From the NCBI RefSeq assembly GCF_009914755.1, contig NC_060933.1: a stretch of DNA of 64,000 bases; one strand, 5' to 3'. The translations under genes were made by a program, and so were the position numbers. Each line of letters starts with the position of its first letter. Position 1 is the stretch's first letter. Below, piece after piece: positions 42,961-56,940 of this stretch. Under the pieces are notes generated by a model. That model was not told where the DNA came from and ran no database searches. It was given only the letters and a program-made list of their open reading frames with translations. The DNA is from the human T2T-CHM13v2.0 reference genome, Homo sapiens.

Positions 42961-45465
42961 AATTGAATGGAATGGAATAGAATGTAATGGAACGGAATGC
43001 AATGGAATGGAATCATCCGGAATGGAATGGAATGGAATGGAATGGAATGGAATCAACCCGAGTGCAATGGAATGGAGTGGAATGGAATGGAATGGAATGG
43101 AACAACTCGAATGGAACGGAATGTAATGGAGAGTAAGGGAGTTGAATAGAATCAATCCGAATGTAATGGAATGAAATGCAACGGAATGGAATGGAATGGA
43201 ATGGAATGGAATGCAATGGAATGGAATCAACCCGAGTACAATGGAATGGAATGGAATGGAATGGAATGGAATGGAATGGAATGGAATGGAATGGAATGCC
43301 TTCAAACCGAATGGAATGGAAAGAATGGAATCAACACGAGTGGAAAAGCATGGATTGGAATGGAATGGAATGGAATCAACCCGAGTACAGGGGAATGGAA
43401 TGGAATGGAATGCAATGGAATGGATTCATCCGTAATGGAATGGAAAGGAATGGAATGGAATGGAATGGAATGGAATGGAATGGAATGGATTGGAATGGAA
43501 TGGAATCGTTCCGAGTGGAATAGGAGGGAATGTATTCGAGTGGAATGGAAAGGAATGGAATCAACCAGAGTGGAATGGAAGGGAATGGAATGGAATGGAA
43601 GCTAATAGAATGGAATCAACCCGAGTGGAATGGAATGGAAAGGACTGGAATGGAATGGAATGGAATGGAATCAACTCGATTGTAATGGAATGGAATGGAA
43701 TGGAATGGAATGGAATCAACCCGAGTACAATGGAATGGAATGGAATGGAATGGAATGGAATGGAATGGAATGATACGGAATAGAATGGAATGGAACGAAA
43801 TGGAATGGAATGGAAGGGAATGGAATGGAATGGAATGGAATGGAATGGAATGGCATCGTTCCGAGTGGAATAGGAGGGAATGTATTCGAGTGGAATGGAA
43901 AGGAATGGAATCAACCAGAGTGGAATGGAATGGAATGGAATGGAATGGAATGGAATGGAATGGAATGGAATGGAATGCAATGGAATGGAATCAAACCGAG
44001 TGCAATCGAATGGAATCAAATGGAATGGAATGCAGTGGAATGGATTCAACTTGAATGGAATGGAAAGAATGGAATCAACACGAGTGGAATGGCATGGATT
44101 GGAATGGAATGGAATGGAATCAACCCGAGTACAGGGGAATGGAATGGAATGGAATGCAATGGAATGGAATCATCCGTAATGGAATGGAAAGGAATGGAAT
44201 GGAATGGAATGGAATGGAATGGAATCAACTCGATTGCAATCGAATGGAATGGAATGGAATTAACCCGAATAGAATGGAATGGAATGGAATGGAACGGAAC
44301 GGAATGGAATGGAATGGAATGGAATGGAATGGAATGGAATGGAATGGAACGGAAAGGAAGGGAATGGAATGGAATAGAATGGAATGGAATGGAATCAACG
44401 CGAGTGCAGGGGAATGGAATGGAATGGAATGCAATGGAATGGAATCTTCCGGAATGGAATGGAATGGAATGGAATGGAATGGAATCAACCCGAGTACAAT
44501 GGAATGGAGTGGAATGGAATGGAATGGAATGGAACAACCCGAATGGAATGGAATGTAATGGAGAGTAAGGGAGTTGAATAGAATCAATCCGAATGTAATG
44601 GAATGGAATGGAACGGAATGGAATTGAATGGAATGGAATGGAATGCAATGGAATGGAATCAACCCGAGTGCAATGGAATGGAGAGGAATGGAATGGAATG
44701 GAATGGAAACTACCCGAATGGAATGGAATGTAATGGAGTGTAAGGCAATTGAATAGAATCAATCCGAATGTAATGGAATGGAATGGAACGGAATGGAATG
44801 GAATGGAATGGAATGGAATGGAATGGAATGCAATGGAATGGAATCAACCCGAGTGCAATCGAATGGAATCGAATGGAATGGAATGCAATGGAATGGATTC
44901 AACTTGAATGGAATGGAAAGAATGGAATCAACACGAGTGGAACGGCATGGATTGGAATGGAATGGAATGGAATCAACCCGAGTACAGGGGAATGGAATGG
45001 AATGGAATGCAATGGAATGGAATCATCCGTAATGGAATGGAAAGGAATGGAATGGAATGGAATGGAATGGAATGGAATGGAACGGAACGGAAAGGAAGGG
45101 AATGGAATGGCATGGATTGGAATGGAATGGAATGGAATCAACGCGAGTGCAGGGGAATGGAATGGAATGGAATGCAATGGAATGGAATCTTCCGGAATGG
45201 AATGGAATTGAATGGAATGGAATGGAATGGAATGGAATAAACCCGAGTGCAATGGAATGGAGTGGAATGGAATGGAATGGAATGGAACAACCCGAATGGA
45301 ATGGAATGTAATGGAGACTAAGGGAGTTGAATAGAATCAATCCGAATGTAATGGAATGGAATGGAACGGAATGGAATTGAATGGAATGGAATGGGATGCA
45401 ATGGAATGGAATCAACCCGAGTACAATGGAATGGAATGGAATGGAATGGAATGGAATGGAATGGA

Positions 45466-45920
45466 ATCAACCCGAGTGCAATGGAATGGAGTGGAATGGA
45501 ATGGAATGGAATGGAACAACCCGAATGAAATGGAATGTAATGGAGAGTAAGGGAGTTGAATAGAATCAATCCGAATGTAATGTAATGTAATGGAATGGAA
45601 TGGAATGGAATGGAATGGAATGGAATGGAATCAACCCGAGTGCAATGGAATGGAGTGGAATGGAATGGAATGGATTGGAACAACCCGAATGAAATGGAAT
45701 GTAATGGAGAGTAAGGGAGTTGAATAGAATCAATCCGAATGTAATGTAATGTAATGGAATGGAATGGAATGGAATGGAATGGAATGGAATGGAATGCAAT
45801 CGAATGGAATCAACCCGAGTGCAATGGAATGGAGTGGAATGGAATGGAATGCGATGGAACAACCCGAATGGAATGGAATGTAATGGAGAGTAAGGGAGTT
45901 GAAAAGAATCAATCCGAATG
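45466..45920 (+). repeat. Local tandem triplication of a 164-179 bp module
   Basis: caacccgaat...gagagtaagggagttg starts at 45517, 45681 and 45860. The first two copies share the private gaatgaaatgg and tgtaatgtaatgtaat variants. Confidence 0.85.
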
Positions 45921-48900
45921 GAATGGAATGGAATGGAACGGAACGGAAAGGAATGGAATGGAATGGAATGGAATGGAATCTTCCGGAATGGAATGGAATG
46001 GAATGGAATGGAATGGAATGCAACGGATTCAACTCGATTGCAATGGAATGGAATAGAATGGAATGGAATGCAATGGAATGGAAAGGAATTAAACCGAATA
46101 GAATGGAATGGAATGGAATGGAACGGAACAGAACGGAACGGAACGGAACGGAGTGGAATGGAATGGAATGGAATTGTATGGAATGGAATGGAATTGTACG
46201 GAATAGAATGGAATGGAAAGAATTGGAATGGAATGGAATGGAATGGAATGGAATGGAATGGAATGGAATCAACCCGAGTGCAGGGGAATGTAATGGAACG
46301 GAATGCAATGGAATGGAATCATCCGGAATGGAATGGAATGGAATGGAATGGAATGGAATGGAATCAATCTGAGCGCAATGGAATGGAGTGGAATGGAAGG
46401 GAATGGAATGGAACAACCCGAATGGAATGGAATGTAATGGAGAGTAAGGGAGTTGAATAGAATCAATCCGAATGTAATGGAATGGAACGGAATGGAATGG
46501 AATGGAATGGAATGGAATGGAATGGAATGGAATGCAATGGAATGGAATCAACCCGAGTGCAAATGAATGGAATCCAATGGAATGGAATGCAATGGAATGG
46601 ATTCAACTTGAATGGAATGGAAAGAATGGAATCAACACGAGTGGAATGGCATGGATTGGAATGGAATGGAATGGAATCAACCCGAGTATAGGGGAATGGA
46701 ATGGTATGGAATGCAATGGAGTGGAATCATCCGTAATGGAATGGAAAGGAATGGAATGGAATGGAATGGAATGGAATGGAATGGAATGGAATGGAATCCA
46801 CTCGATTGCAATCGAATGGAATGGAATGCAATTAACCCGAATAGAATGGAATGGAATGGAATGGAACGGAACGGAATGGAATGGAATGGGATGGAATGGA
46901 ATGGAACGGAAAGGAAGGGAATGGAATGGAATAGAATGGAATGGAATGGAATCAACGCGAGTGCAGGGGAATGGAATGGAATGGAATGCAATGGGATGGA
47001 ATCTTCCGGAATGGAATGGAATGGAATGGAATGGAATGGAATGGAATCCACCCGAGTGCAATGGAATGGAGTGGAATGGAATGGAATGGAATGGAACAAC
47101 CCGAATGGAATGGAATGTAATGGAGAGTAAGGGAGTTGAATAGAATCAATCCGAATGTAATGGAATGGAATGGAACGGAATGGAATTGAATGGAATGGAA
47201 TGGAATGCAATGGAATGGAATCAACCCGAGTGCAATGGAATGGAGAGGAATGGAATGGAATGGAATGGAAACTACCCGAATGGAATGGAATGTAATGGAG
47301 TGTAAGGGAATTGAATAGAATCAATCCGAATGTAATGGAATGGAATGGAACGGAATGGAATGGAATGGAATGGAATGGAATGCAATGGAATGGAATCAAC
47401 CCGTGTGCAATCGAATGGAATCCAATGGAATGGAATGCAATGGAATGGATACAACTTGAATGGAATGGAAAGAATGGAATCAGCACGACTGGAATGGCAT
47501 GGATTGGAATTGAATGGAATGGAATCAACCCGAGTACAGGGGAATGGAATGGAATGGAATGCAATGGAATGGAATCATCCGTAATGGAATGGAAAGGAAT
47601 GGAATGGAATGGAATGGAATGGAATGGAATGGAATGGAATGGAATTAACCCGAATAAAATGGAATGGAATGGAATGGAACGGAATGGAGTGGAATGGAAT
47701 GGAATCAACCCGAGTGCAGGGGAATGGAATGGAACGAAATGCAATGGAATGGAATCATCCGGAATGGAATGGAATGGAATGGAATGGAATGGAATGGAAT
47801 GGAATGGAATCAACCCGAGTGCAATGGAATGGAGTGGAATGGAATGGAATGGAATGGAACAACCCGAATGGAATGGAATGTAATGGAGAGTAAGGGAGTT
47901 GAATAGAATCAATCCGAATGTAATGGAATGGAATGCAACGGAATGGAATGGAATGGAATTGAATGGAATGCAATGGAATTGAATCAACCCGAGTACAATG
48001 GAATGGAATGGAATGGAATGGAATGGAATGATACGGAATAGAATGGAATGGAACGAAATGGAATGGAATGGAATGGAATGGAATGGAATGGAATGGAATC
48101 GTTCTGAGTGGAATAGGAGGGAATGTATTCGAGTGGAATGGAAAGGAATGGAATCAACCAGAGTGGAATGGAAGGGAATGGAATGGAATGGAAACTAATA
48201 GAATGGAATCAACCCGAGAGGAACTGAATGGAAAGGACTGGAATGGAATGGAATGGAATGGAATCAACTCGATTGTAATGGAATGGAATGGAATGGAATG
48301 GAGTGGAATGGAATGGAATCAACCAGAGTGCAGGGGAATGGAATGGAATGGAATGCAATGGAATGGAATCATCCAGAATGGAATGGAAAGGAATGGAATG
48401 CAAAGCAATGGAATCAACCCGATTGCAATGGAATGGAATGGAATGGAAAGGAATACATTGGAATCAACCCGAGTGGAATGGAATGGAAAGGACTGGAATG
48501 GAGTGGAATGGAATGTTATGGAATGGAATGGAATCAACTCGATTGGAATGGAATGGAATGGAATGGAATGGAATGGAATGGAATGGAATTAACCCGAATA
48601 GAATGGAATGGAATGGAATGGAATGCAATGGAATGTAATCATCCGTAATGGAATGGAAAGGAATGGAATGGAATGGAATGGAATGGAATGGAATGGAATC
48701 CACTCGATTGCAATCGAATGGAATTGAATGGAATTAACCCGAATAGAATGGAATGGAATGGAATGGAACGGAACGGAACGGAATGGAATGGATTGGAATG
48801 GAATGGAATGGAATGGAATGGAACGGAAAGGAATGGAATGGAATGGAATGGAATGGAATGGAATGGAATGGAATGGAATGGAATAAACCCGAGTGCAATG

Positions 48901-51900
48901 GAATGGAGTGGAATGGAATGGAATGGAATGGAACAACCCGAATGGAATGGAATGTAACGGAGAGTAAGGGAGTTGAATAGAATCAATCCGAATGTAATGG
49001 AATGGAATGGAACGGAATTGAATGGAATGGAATGGAATGGAATGCAATGGAATGGAATCAACCTGAGGTCAATGGAATGGAGAGGAATGGAATGGAATGG
49101 AATGGAAACTACACGAATGGAATGGAATGTAATGGAGTGTAAGGGAATTGAATAGAATCAATCCGAATGTAATGGAATGGAATGGAACGGAATGGAATGG
49201 AATGGAATGGAATGGAATGGAATGGAATGCAATGGAATGGAATCAACCCGAGTGCAATCAAATGGAATCGAATGGAATGGAATGCAAAGGAATGGATTCA
49301 ACTTGAATGGAATGGAAAAAATGGAATGAACACGAGTGGAATGGCATGGATTGGAATGGAATGGAATGGAATCAACCCGAGTACAGGGGAATGGAATGGA
49401 ATGGAATGCAATGGAATGGAATCATCCGTAATGGAATGGAAAGGAATGGAATGGAATGGAATGGAATGGAATGGAATGGAATGGAATCAACCCGAGTGCA
49501 ATGGAATGTAGTGGAATGGAATGGAATGGAATGGAACAACCCGAATGGAATGGAATGTAATGGAGAGTAAGGGAGTTGAATAGAATCAATCCGAATGTAA
49601 TGGAATGGAACGGAATGTAATGGAATGGAATGGAATGGAATGGAAAGGAATGGAATGCAATGGAATGGAATCAACCCGAGTACAATGGAATGGAATGGAA
49701 TGGAATGGAATGGAATGGAATGGAATGGAATCCACCCGAGTGCAATGGAATGGAGAGGAATGGAATGGAATGGAATGGAAACTACCCGAATGGAATGGAA
49801 TGTAATCGAGTGTAAGGGAATTGAATAGAATCAATCCGAATGGAATGGAATGGAATGGAACGGAATGTAATGTAATGGAATGGAATGGAATCAACCCAAG
49901 TGCAGGGGAATGGAATTGAATGGAATGCAATGGAATGGAATCATCCGGAATGGAATGTAATGGAATGCAATGGAATGGAATGGAATGGAATCAACCCGAG
50001 TGCAATGGAATGGAGTGAAATGGAATGGAATGCAATGGAAACAACCAGAATGGATTGGAATATAATGGAGTGTAAGGGAATTGAATAGAATCAATATGAA
50101 TGTAATGAAATGGAATGTAATGGAATGGAATGGAATGCAATGGAATGGAATGGAATGGAATGCAATGGAATGGAATCAACCCGAGTGCAATCGAATGGAA
50201 TCGAATGGAATGGAATGCAATGGAATGGATTCAAATTGAATGGAATGGAAAGAATGGAATCAACACGAGTGGAATGGCATGGATTGGAATGCAATGGAAT
50301 GGAATCAACCCGAGTACAAGGGAATGGAATGGAATGGAATGCAATGGAATTGAATCATCCATAATGGAATGGAAAGGAATGGAATGGAATGGAATGGAAT
50401 GGAATGGAATGGAATGGAATGGAATGGAATCAACTCGATTGCAATCGAATGGAATGGAATGGAATTAACCCGAATAGAATGGAATGGAAAGGAATGGAAC
50501 GGAACGGAATGGAATGGAATGGAATGGAATGGAATGCAATGGAATGGAAAGGAAAGGAATGGAATGGAATGGAATGGAATGGAATGGAATGGAATGGAAT
50601 GGAATGGAATGGAATCAACGCGAGTGCAGGGGAATGGAATGGAATGGAATGCAATGGAATGTAATCTTCCGGAATGGAATGGAATGGAATGCAATAGATT
50701 CAACTCGATTGCAATGGAATGCAATAGAATGGAATAGAATGGAATGGAAAGGAATGGAACGGAACAGAATGGAATGGAATGGAATGGAATAGAATGGAAT
50801 GGAATGGAATGGAACGGAACGGAATGGAATGGAATGGAATGGAATGGAATGGAATGGAATGGTATGGAATGGAATTGTATGGAATGGAATGGTATGGTAC
50901 GGAATTGAATGGAATGGAAAGAATTGGAATGGAATGGAATCGAATGGAATGGTATGGAATGGAATGGAATGGAATGGAATGGAATCAACCCGAGTGCAGG
51001 GGAATGAAATGGATCGGAATGCAATGGAATGGAATCATCCGGAATTGAATGGAATGGAATGAAATGGAATGGAATCAACCCCAGTGCAATGGAATGGAGT
51101 GGAATGGAATGGAATGGAATGGAACAACAGGAATGGAATGGAATGGAATGGAGAGTAAGGGAGTTGAATAGAATCAACCCGAAAGTAATGGAATGGAATG
51201 GAACGTAATGGAATGGAATGGAATGCAATGGAATGGAATCAACCCGAGTAAAATGGAATAGAATGAAATGGAATGGAATGGAATGGAATTGAATGGAATG
51301 GAATGGAATGCAATGGAATGCAATCAACCCGAGTGCAATGGAATGGAGAGGAATGGAATGGAATGGAATGGAAACTACCCGAATGGAACGAAATGTAATG
51401 GAGTGTAAGGGAATTGAAAAGAATCAATCCGAATGTGATGGAATGGAATGGAACGGAATGGAATGGAAAGGAATGGAATGGAATGGAATGGAATGGAATG
51501 CAATAGAATGGAATCAACCCGAGTGCAATCGATTGGAATCGAATGGAATGGAATGCAATGGAATGGATTCAACTTGAATGGAATGGAAAGAATGGAATCA
51601 ACACGAGTGGAAGGGCATGGATTGGAATGCAATGGAATGGAATCAACCCGAGTACAGGGGAATGCAATGGAATGGAATGCAATGGAATGGAATCATCCGT
51701 AATGGAATGGAAAGGAATGGAATGGAATGGAATGGAATGGAATGGAATGCAATGGAATGGAATCAACACGATTGCAATCGAATGGAATGGAATGGAATTA
51801 ACCCGAATAGAATGGAATGGAATGGAATGGAACGGAACGGAATGGAATGGAATGGAATGGAATGGAATGGAACGGAAAGGAATGGAATGGAATGGAATGG

Positions 51901-53099
51901 AATGGAATGGAATGGAATGGAATCAACGCGAGTGCAGGGGAATGGAATGGAATGGAATGCAATGGAATGGAATGGAATAAACCCGAGTGCAATGGAATGG
52001 AGTGGAATGGAATGGAATGGAATGGAATGGAGCAACCCGAACGGAATGGAATGTAATGGAGAGTAAGGGAGTTGAATAGAATCAATCCGAATGTAATGGA
52101 ATGGAATGGAACGGAATGGAATTGAATGGAATGGAATGGAATGCAATGGAATGGAATCAACCCGAGTGCAATGGAATGGAGAGGAATGGAATGGAATGGA
52201 ATGGAAACTACCCGAATGGAATGGAATGTAATGCAGTGTAAGGGAATTGAATAGAATCAATCCGAATGTAATGGAATGGAATGGAATGGAATGGAATGGA
52301 ATGCAATGGAATGGAATCAAACCGAGTGCAATCGAATGGAATCGAATGGAATGAAATGCAATGGAATGGATTCAACTTGAATGGAATGGAAAGAATGGAA
52401 TCAACACGAGTGGAAGGGCATGGATTGGAATGCAATGGAATGGAATCAACCCGAGTACAGGGGAATGGAATGGAATGGAATATAATGGAATGGAATCATC
52501 CGTAATGGAATGGAAAGGAATGGAATGGAATGGAATGGAATGGAATCAACTCGATTGCAATTGAATGGAATGGAATGGAATTAACCCGAATAGAATGGAA
52601 TGGAATGGAATGGAATGGAATGGAACGGAAAGGAAGGGAATGGAATGGAATAGAATGGAATGGAATGGAATCAACGCGAGTGCAGGGGAATGGAATGGAA
52701 TGGAATGCAATGGAATGGAATCTTCCGGAATGGAATGGAATGGAATGGAATGGAATGGAATGGAATGGAATCAACCGGAGTGCAATGGAATGGAGTGGAA
52801 TGGAATGGAATGGAATGGAACAACCCGAATGGAATGGAATGTAATGGAGAGTAAGGGAGTTGAATAGAATCAATCCGAATGTAATGGAATGGAATGGAAC
52901 GGAATGGAATTGAATGGAATGGAATGGAATGCAATGGAATGGAATCAACCCGAGTTCAATGGAATGGAGAGGAATGGAATGGAATTGAATGGAAACTACC
53001 CGAATTGAATGGAATGTAATGGAGTGTAAGGGAATTGAATAGAATCAATCCGAATGTAATGGAATGGAATGGAACGGAATGGAATGGAATGGAATGGAA

Positions 53100-55570
53100 T
53101 GGAATCAACCCGAGTGCAGACGAATGGAATGGAATGGAATGCAATGGAATGGAATCATCCGGAATGGAATGGAATGGAATGCAATGGAGTGGAATGGAAT
53201 GGAATCAACCCGAGTGCAATGGAATGGAGTGAAATGGAATGGAATGGAATGGAAACAACCAGAATGTATTGGAATATAATGGAGTGTAAGGGAATTGAAT
53301 AGAATCAATCTGAATATAATGAAATGGAATGGAACGGAATGGAATGGAATGGAATGGAATGGAATGGAATGGAATGCAATGGAATGGAATCAACCCGAGT
53401 GCAATCGAATGGAATCGAATGGAATGGAATGCAATGGAATGGATTCAACTTGAATGGAAAGGAAAGAATGGAATCAACACGAGTGGAATGGCATGGATTG
53501 GAATGGAATGGAATGGAATCAACCCGAGTACAGGGGAATGGAATGGAATGGAATGCAATAGAATGGAATCATCAGTAATGGAATGGAAAGGAATGGAAAG
53601 GACTGGAATGGAATGGAATGTAATGGAATGGAATGGAATCAACTCGATTGCAATCGAGTGGAATGGAATGGAATGGAATCAACTCGATTGCAATCGAATG
53701 GAATGGAATGGAATTAACCCGAATAGAATGGAATGGAATGGAATGGAACGGAACGGAATGGAATGGAATGGAATGGAATGGAACGGATCGGAATGGAATG
53801 GAACGGAAAGGAATGGAATGGAATGGAATGGAATGGAATCAACGCGAGTGCAGGGGAATGGAATGGAATCGAATGGAATGGAAAGGAATGGAATGGAATC
53901 AACCCGAGTGCAGGGGAATGTAATGGAACGGAATGCAATGGAATGGAATCATCCGGAATGGAATGGAATGGAATCAACCCGAGTGCAATGGAATGGAGTG
54001 GAATGGAATGGAATGGAATGGAACAACCCGAATGGAATGGAATGTAATGGAGAGTAAGGGAGTTGAAAAGAATCAATGCGAATGTAATGGAATGGAATGG
54101 AACGGAATGGAATGGAATGGAATGGAATGCAATGGAATGGAATCAACCCGAGTACAATGGAATGGAATGGAATGGAATGGAATGGAATGGAATGGAATGG
54201 AATGGAATGGAATGGAATGGAATGCAATGGAATGGAATCTTCCGGAATGGAATGGAATGGAATGGAATGGAATGGAATTCAATGGATTCAACTCGATTGC
54301 AATGGAATGGAATAGAATGGAATGGAATGGAATGGAATGGAATGGAATTAAACCGAATAAAATGGAATGGAACGGAACAGAACGGAACGGAACGGAACGG
54401 AGTGGAATGGAATGGAATGGAATTGTATGGAATGGAATGGAATGGTACGGAATAGAATGGAATGGAAAGAATTGTAATGGAATGGAATGGAATGGAATGG
54501 AATGGAATGGAATGGAATCAACCCGAGTGCAGGGGAATGTAATGGAACGGAATGCAATGGAATGGAATCATCCGGAATGGAATGGAATGGAATGGAATGG
54601 AATGGAATGGAATGGAATCAACCCGAGTGCAATGGAATGGAGTGGAATGGAATGGAATGGAATGGAACAACCCGAATGGAATGGAATGTAATGGAGAGTA
54701 AGGGAGTTGAATAGAATCAATCCGAATGTAATGGAATGAAACGGAATGGAATGGAATGGAATGGAATGGAATGGAATGGAATGGAATGCAATGGAATGGA
54801 ATTAACCCGAGTACAATGGAACGGAATTTAATGGAATGTAATGGAATGGAATGGAATGGAATGGAATGGAATGGAATGGAATGGAATCAACCCGAGTGCA
54901 ATGGAATGGAGAGGAATGGAATGGAATGGAATGCAATGGAATGGAATCATCCGGAATGGAATGGAATGGAATGGAATGCAAAGCAATGGAATCAACTCGA
55001 TTGCAATGGAATGGAATGGAATGGAATGGAAAGGAATACATTGGAATCAACCCGAGTGGAATGGAATGGAAAGGACTGGAATGGAGTGGAATGGAATGGA
55101 ATGGAATGGAATGGAATCAACTCGATTGGAATGGAATGGAATGGAATGGAATGGAATGGAATGGAATGGAATGGAATTAACCCGAATAGAATGGAATGGA
55201 ATGGAATGGAACGAAACGGAATGGAATGGAATGGAATGGAATGGAAGGGAATGGAATGGAATGGAAACAACCCGACTGCAGGGGAATGGAATGGAATGGA
55301 ATGGAATGGAATGATACGGAATAGAATGGAATGGAACGAAATGGAATGGAATGGAATGGAATGGAATGGATTGGAATGGAATGGAATCGTTCCGAGTGGA
55401 ATAGGAGGGAATGTATTCGAGTGGAATGGAAAGGAATGGAATCAACCAGAGTGGAATGGAAGGGAATGGAATGGAATGGAAACTAATAGAATGGAATCAA
55501 CCCGAGTGGAATGGAATGGAAAGGACTGGAATGGAATGGAATGGAATGGAATCAACTCGATTGTAATGGA
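53100..55570 (+). repeat. More diverged third copy of the ~11.27-13.7 kb segment
   Basis: gtgcag(g/a)cgaatgg at ~11283/~32965/~53114 and atcatcagtaat at ~11722/~33404/~53568. The doubled caactcgattgc, gttgaaaagaatc and the downstream module order are conserved. Confidence 0.8.
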
Positions 55571-56940
55571 ATGGAATGGAATGGAATGGAATGGAATCAA
55601 CCCGAGTACAATGGAATGGAATGGAATGGAATGGAATGGAATGGAATGGAATGATACGGAATAGAATGGAATGGAACGAAATGGAATGGAATGGAAGGGA
55701 ATGGAATGGAATGGAATGGAATGGAATGGAATGGCATCGTTCCGAGTGGAATAGGAGGGAATGTATTCGAGTGGAATGGAAAGGAATGGAATCAACCAGA
55801 GTGGAATGGAAGGGAATGGAATGGAATGGAATGGAATGGAATGGAATGGAATCAACCCGAGTGCAATGGAATGGAATGGAATGGAATGGAATGGAATCGT
55901 TCCGAGTGGAATAGGAGGGAATGTATTCGAGTGGAATGGAAAGGAATGGAAAAAACCTGAGTGGAATGGAAGGGAATGGAATGGAATGGAAACTAATAGA
56001 ATGGAATCAACCCGAGAGGAATGGAATGGAAAGGACTGGAATGGAATGGAATGGAATGGAATCAACTCGACTGTAATGGAATTGAATGGAATGGAATGGA
56101 ATGGAATTAGCCCGAATACAATGCAATGGAATGGAATGGAACGGAATGGAGTGGAATGGAATGGAATCAACCCGAGTGCAGGGGAATGGAATGGAACGGA
56201 ATGCAATGGAATGGAATCATCCGGAATGGAATGGAATGGAATGGAATGCAAAGCAATGGAATAAACTCGATTGCAATGGAATGGAATGGAATGCAAAGGA
56301 ATATATTGGAATCAACCCGAGTGGAATGGAATGGAAAGGACTGGAATGGAGTGGAATGGAATGGAATGGAATGGAATGGAATCAACTCGATTGGAATGGA
56401 ATGGAATGGAATGGAATGGAATGGAATCGTTCCGAGTGGAATAGGAGGGAATGTATTCGAGTGGAATGGAAAGGAATGGTATCAACCAGAGTGGAATGGA
56501 TGAGAATGGAATGGAATGGAAACTAATAGAATGGAATCAACCTGAGTGGAATGGAATGGAAAGGACTGGAATGGAATGGAATGGAATGGAATCAACTCGA
56601 TTGTAATGGAATGGAATGGAATGCAATGGAATGGAATGGAATTAACACGAATACAATGGAATGGAATGGAATGGAACGGAATGGAGTGGAATGGAATGGA
56701 ATCAACCCGAGGGCAGGGGAATGGAATGGAGTGGAATGCAATGGAATGGAATCATCCGGAATGGAATGGAATGGAATGGAATGCAAAGCAATGGAATCAA
56801 CTCGATTGCAATGGAATGGAATGGAATGGAAAGGAATACATTGGAATCAACCCGAGTGGAATGGAATGGAAAGGACTGGAATGGAGTGGAATGGAATGGA
56901 ATGGAATGGAATGGAATCAACTCGATTGGAATGGAATGGA
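55389..56940 (+). repeat. Cluster of local duplications (350 bp, 160 bp and 530 bp spacings)
   Basis: The marker gttccgagtggaataggagggaatgtattcgag occurs at 55389, 55739, 55899 and 56429. The module order of 55899-56428 repeats at 56429-~56940. Confidence 0.8.
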
